Below are positions 25,054 through 28,448 of a stretch of 28,448 nucleotides of DNA, one piece after another. The position numbers were made by a program, and so were the translations under genes. Position 1 is the stretch's first letter, and each line of letters begins with the position of its first letter. The DNA comes from Candidatus Levyibacteriota bacterium (GTDB taxonomy: Bacteria; Patescibacteriota; Microgenomatia; Levybacterales; GWA1-39-11). The notes below the pieces were generated by a model. The model was not told the DNA's origin. It saw only the letters and a list, made by a program, of their open reading frames with translations, and did not search any database. The stretch covers positions 1-28,448 of the forward strand of contig JACQKO010000001.1 in NCBI GenBank assembly GCA_016204525.1, in the 5' to 3' direction.

Positions 25054-25727
25054 TGTCCAGAACTAAAAAAAATCAAAATAATTTCAAAGAATCAGCTCTC
25101 CATTTCATCGATTCTTATTTTCAGGAAGTTATTAAATGTATTGTTTTACTTGATAAGCAACCGATTGAACGAATGATCGAATTAATAATGGAGACATACA
25201 GAAATGATAGAAAAATCTATGTTCTGGGAAATGGAGGAGGGGCTTCAACAGCGTCTCACATGGCATGCGATCTTGGGAAAGGGACCTTAAACCGCGTTTA
25301 TGACCAAAAGGAAAAACGGCTTCATGTTCTGTCTTTGACTGACAATGTGGCAATTATGACGGCATATGCCAATGATTTGTCTTATGATGATATTTTTATT
25401 CAACAGTTGCGGAATTTAGTAGAGCGAGATGATGTTGTAATTGCAATTTCAGGTAGTGGTAATACGAAAAATATTTTAAATGCGGTTTCCTATGCAAAGA
25501 AGGTTGGCGCAAAAACAATCGGACTAACCGGATTTAATACCGGTGGGAAGCTTGCACAGATGGTTGATGTATCTATAATCGTTAAGACAAGTCATTATGG
25601 TCCTTTGGAGGATGTACACATGATGATAGGGCATCTTGTTTCAGCAGCTGTAGCAAGCGCAAAGCATGCAGAGAGCGCAAGCGGCAAAGCTCGAAAAAAC
25701 AAAGCCGTTCCCTTCTACCTTGAATGA
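25053..25727 (+). CDS. gmhA: Sedoheptulose-7-phosphate isomerase (SIS domain)
   Basis: GNGGGASTASHMACDL, TAYAND, AISGSGN, EDVHM. Confidence 0.85.
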   Translation: MSRTKKNQNNFKESALHFIDSYFQEVIKCIVLLDKQPIERMIELIMETYRNDRKIYVLGNGGGASTASHMACDLGKGTLNRVYDQKEKRLHVLSLTDNVAIMTAYANDLSYDDIFIQQLRNLVERDDVVIAISGSGNTKNILNAVSYAKKVGAKTIGLTGFNTGGKLAQMVDVSIIVKTSHYGPLEDVHMMIGHLVSAAVASAKHAESASGKARKNKAVPFYLE

Positions 25728-25942
25728 AGATTCAGGACGTAGTTTTTATTATTATCGCATCGTTTTTGATTTATAAACAGAATCCTCGCTGGCTCGTTGC
25801 CGCAGGTCTTCTTTTTCTTATTTTATCTTTTCCGCTTTTTTCTTTTTGGATTTTCTACACGGCCCAAAGGCTTACCTACTATGCAGCCGCTTTTTTTCTT
25901 GCGGCAATAATCATTTATTTAATTCAAACCCGCAAGAAATAA
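25724..25942 (+). CDS. Small hydrophobic membrane protein (72 aa)
   Basis: ATGA overlap with gmhA; 2-3 hydrophobic segments and a basic C-terminus. Confidence 0.6.
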   Translation: MKIQDVVFIIIASFLIYKQNPRWLVAAGLLFLILSFPLFSFWIFYTAQRLTYYAAAFFLAAIIIYLIQTRKK

Positions 25943-25950
25943 TCTATTGA

Positions 25951-26008
25951 TTCCCGGGTGTGTAAGCACAAAACACTCCCGGAGTGCAATAGGTTTACAC
26001 CTCGGTAT
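25951..26008. repeat. Cluster of GC-rich palindromic fragments, including the 13-bp CACTCC-C-GGAGTG
   Basis: Perfect 6-1-6 palindrome at 25974-25986, flanked by the related partials CCCGGGTGTGT and ACACCTCGG. Confidence 0.65.
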
Positions 26009-26020
26009 TTAATGCCCGAT

Positions 26021-26049
26021 TTGTTCATGAAGCTTATTATAGCTATAAT
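26021..26049 (+). promoter_or_regulatory. Sigma70 promoter, probably leaderless
   Basis: TTGTTC-17 nt-TATAAT; the ATG is 6 nt downstream; no SD. Confidence 0.6.
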
Positions 26050-26055
26050 ATCCTT

Positions 26056-26592
26056 ATGAGGGTTGGGATTGACATAAGCCAGGTCGCGTATGGGAATACG
26101 GGGGTAGCCAACTACCTCTCAAGTTTAATTCGCGAGATGATTCGGCAAGATGCAAAAAATGAATATATCCTCTTTTTTTCATCCCTGAGAGGTAAATTTC
26201 CAATTTCCAATTTCCAATTTCCAATTAATTCGACCAATGTTCGAATTGTAAAATCCCCTCTCCCGCCAACAGTGCTAGACTTGTTATGGAATAAGCTGCA
26301 CGTCTTTCCGATTGAATGGTTCGTTGGTGATGTTGATGTTTTCATAACTTCCGATTGGACAGAGCCGCCGGCAAAAAAAGCTAAAAAGGCGACGATTATA
26401 TATGATCTTATTGTATTTAAACATCCTGAGGAAAGTGATCAAAAAATTGTATCAGTACAAAAAAGAAAACTCGCTTGGGTAAAAAAAGAGTCCGATATTG
26501 TATTTTGTATTTCGGAATCAAGTAGAAATGACGCAATAGAGATTTTAGGTTTTGATCCAAAAAAAGTCAAAGTTATTTATCCCGGCTTATGA
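26056..26592 (+). CDS. Stand-alone N-terminal domain of a GT4 glycosyltransferase
   Basis: MRVGID...GVANY, TIIYDL, FCISESSRND; ends at VIYPGL, with no C-terminal EGFG domain. Confidence 0.75.
   Translation: MRVGIDISQVAYGNTGVANYLSSLIREMIRQDAKNEYILFFSSLRGKFPISNFQFPINSTNVRIVKSPLPPTVLDLLWNKLHVFPIEWFVGDVDVFITSDWTEPPAKKAKKATIIYDLIVFKHPEESDQKIVSVQKRKLAWVKKESDIVFCISESSRNDAIEILGFDPKKVKVIYPGL
26195..26226 (+). repeat. Intragenic perfect heptamer repeat (AATTTCC)4
   Basis: Copies at 26195, 26202, 26209 and 26216; encodes FPISNFQFP. Confidence 0.9.
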
Positions 26593-27710
26593 AAATAGGA
26601 ATTAACGGATTTGAGGCTGTAATACCGCGATTCGGATATGATTCGAATGGCCTTCCGAACAGAGTAGGGAGTTCGCAAGTCGCTTTTGAGTGGCTGACCG
26701 AACTTGAAAAAATTGATAAAAAGAACCGGTATGTTATATATCTTCCGGTCGAGCCAACATGGGATATGCCAAAAGAGCGTGAAGCGTGGCAATATATTGT
26801 ATTGCCGAGTAAACCTCTTTGGACAATTTTTGCATTAAGCCCGGCTATTCGCAAAGCAAAATTTGACATATTTTTCTCACCAACCCACTATGGCCCATTA
26901 TTTGTTCCATGTCCTCAAGTAATTTCAATTCTTGATCTTTCATATAAACACTTTTCGGAGCTTTTCAAGAAAAGGGATTTATTACAGCTTAATCTTTGGG
27001 GTGGATATTCGGTCAGGCGAGCAGCAAAGATTATAACGATTAGCAATTCCGCTAAGAGTGATATAATCAGAGAATACCATGTTCCTGAGGCTGGGGTAGA
27101 AGTAGTTTATCTTGGTGTTAAGGATGTAGGTAAATCTAAAATGTCAAAAGAAGAAATTTTCAAGAAATATTCGGTTGAGGGGCCATTTATTTTGTTTGTT
27201 GGGACACTGCAGCCAAGGAAAAATATTGTGCGCCTAGTCGAAGCATTTTCTCGTATAAAGTCGAATCTACAACTCGTGATTATTGGGAGAAGAGGGTGGC
27301 AGTTTGAGGAAATCCTTGAAGCGCCAAGAAAATATGGAGTTTCCGATCGGGTTCGATTTTTAGAGAACATTGCTGACGAGGAGCTTCCGGCGTTCTATGA
27401 AAACGCAGAACTTTTTATATTGCCAAGTCTTTATGAAGGTTTTGGTTTACCAATTCTTGAGGCAATGAAATATGGATGTCCTGTTATAACAAGCAATGTC
27501 TCTTCGCTTCCCGAAGCAGGAGGTGATGCGGCAGTTTATTTTGATCCGGAGAGCGTCTCGGATATTGCAGAAAAAATAGAAAAGGTTCTGTCAGATGAAA
27601 GCCTCGCTGCTCGCATGAAAAGAGAGGGGTTTGAACAAGTCAAAAAGTTCTCATGGGAAAAATCAGCAAGACAGGTGCTTAAGGTTCTTGAGGAGGCAGC
27701 AAAATCATGA
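26589..27710 (+). CDS. GT4 (group 1) glycosyltransferase
   Basis: FVGTLQPRKN, PSLYEGFGLPILEAM, SSLPEAGG. Confidence 0.92.
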   Translation: MKIGINGFEAVIPRFGYDSNGLPNRVGSSQVAFEWLTELEKIDKKNRYVIYLPVEPTWDMPKEREAWQYIVLPSKPLWTIFALSPAIRKAKFDIFFSPTHYGPLFVPCPQVISILDLSYKHFSELFKKRDLLQLNLWGGYSVRRAAKIITISNSAKSDIIREYHVPEAGVEVVYLGVKDVGKSKMSKEEIFKKYSVEGPFILFVGTLQPRKNIVRLVEAFSRIKSNLQLVIIGRRGWQFEEILEAPRKYGVSDRVRFLENIADEELPAFYENAELFILPSLYEGFGLPILEAMKYGCPVITSNVSSLPEAGGDAAVYFDPESVSDIAEKIEKVLSDESLAARMKREGFEQVKKFSWEKSARQVLKVLEEAAKS

Positions 27711-28261
27711 TTAGGAGAATAGTTAAGCGTATAAAGGCAATTTTACTGGAGCTAGACAACATGATTTTAAGATATGTTGGGTACATCCCGAGTCATTACA
27801 TAAGAAGATTTTTTTACAGAATTCAGGGTATGAAGATTGGGAGAGGTTCGACTCTCCATATGGGTGCGGTTTTTTATGATGCAAGTAAAATTTCAATCGG
27901 CCAAGATACGATTATTGGCGAGGACGCGGTTCTGGACGGGCGGGACAAATTAGTTATTGGAGATCACGTTGATATCGCAAGCGAGGTAATGATATATAAC
28001 GCGGAACATGATATTAATGACGAAAGCTTTAAGGCAGCTACCGCTCCTGTTAAAATCGGCGACTATGTTTTTATCGGCCCTCGCGCAATAATCTTACCCG
28101 GAGTAAAAATAGGTCGCGGTGCTGTGGTTGGAGCAGGAGCAGTGGTAACACGCGACGTGGGAGAGTTTGAAATAGTGGGCGGTGTACCGGCAAAAGTAAT
28201 AGGAGAGCGAAAGATTAAAAATCCCACATATAAATTAGGGAGGGCGGCTTGGTTCCGTTAG
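27707..28261 (+). CDS. Hexapeptide-repeat (left-handed beta-helix) O-acyltransferase
   Basis: IGQDTIIG, IGDYVFIG, ILPGVKIGRGAVVGAGAVVT, GGVPAK. Confidence 0.9.
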   Translation: MIRRIVKRIKAILLELDNMILRYVGYIPSHYIRRFFYRIQGMKIGRGSTLHMGAVFYDASKISIGQDTIIGEDAVLDGRDKLVIGDHVDIASEVMIYNAEHDINDESFKAATAPVKIGDYVFIGPRAIILPGVKIGRGAVVGAGAVVTRDVGEFEIVGGVPAKVIGERKIKNPTYKLGRAAWFR

Positions 28262-28304
28262 TATCTAAGTTTGTAAGATGTAAGACTTAAGTTTAAAATC
28301 CCTC

Positions 28305-28448
28305 ATGAAATTTTCTATTATTGTTCTTACTTACAACTCTGCATTGCATATCGAGAAATTAATTAAGAGCATTTATGAATTCAATAAAAATGGGGATTAC
28401 GAAATAATAATTGTTGATAATGCGTCGCAAGACGATACTGTTAAGAAA
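28305..28448 (+). CDS. GT2 glycosyltransferase, 5' part (runs off the window)
   Basis: Translated by hand: MKFSIIVLTYNS...EIIIVDNASQDDTVK. Confidence 0.85.
   Translation, partial: MKFSIIVLTYNSALHIEKLIKSIYEFNKNGDYEIIIVDNASQDDTVKK

Noticed and set aside
25653-25690. Near-duplicate GCAAGCG(G)CAAAGC in the gmhA tail
   Set aside because: Short, low-complexity Ala/Ser/Lys tail; could arise by chance or local slippage.
72-27370. Many short antisense or alternate-frame ORFs in the supplied track (e.g. 1530-1943, 3615-4007, 11505-11915, 17634-17930, 23764-24066)
   Set aside because: They lie fully within well-supported genes and show no recognisable motifs, so they are shadow ORFs.
28266-28299. Degenerate TAAG repeats before the last GT2
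   Set aside because: Irregular spacing (8, 7, 7, 6) in AT-rich DNA; too decayed to interpret.

Overview
An AT-rich (roughly 35% GC), gene-dense surface-glycan locus read with the standard bacterial code: TGA, TAA and TAG all serve as real stops, and several genes overlap as ATGA. The layout has four parts. (1) 6-5430: four NAD-dependent epimerase/dehydratase (SDR) genes and a GT2, interrupted by an HD-domain gene flanked by 23-bp direct repeats. (2) 5427-9138: a GC-rich, opposite-strand methyltransferase, a GT-C-like membrane gene split by one in-frame TAG, and a second methyltransferase. (3) 9142-18705: a tandem array of large GT-C-like membrane proteins, with two 1167-aa paralogues each coupled to a small ~137-aa membrane protein and a shorter third paralogue. 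(4) 18677-28448: a His-type PLP/PMP sugar C3-dehydratase divergent from a GT2 and a complete GDP-heptose-type pathway (gmhB, 4,6-dehydratase, SDR, hddC, hddA, gmhA), then GT4s, an O-acyltransferase and a partial GT2. Short palindromic and heptamer repeats occur between genes and in frame inside genes. The overall style suggests Patescibacteria/CPR (Microgenomates-like), which is an inference. I saw no rRNA, tRNA, CRISPR array or transposase. All family calls come from motif recognition, not database searches.
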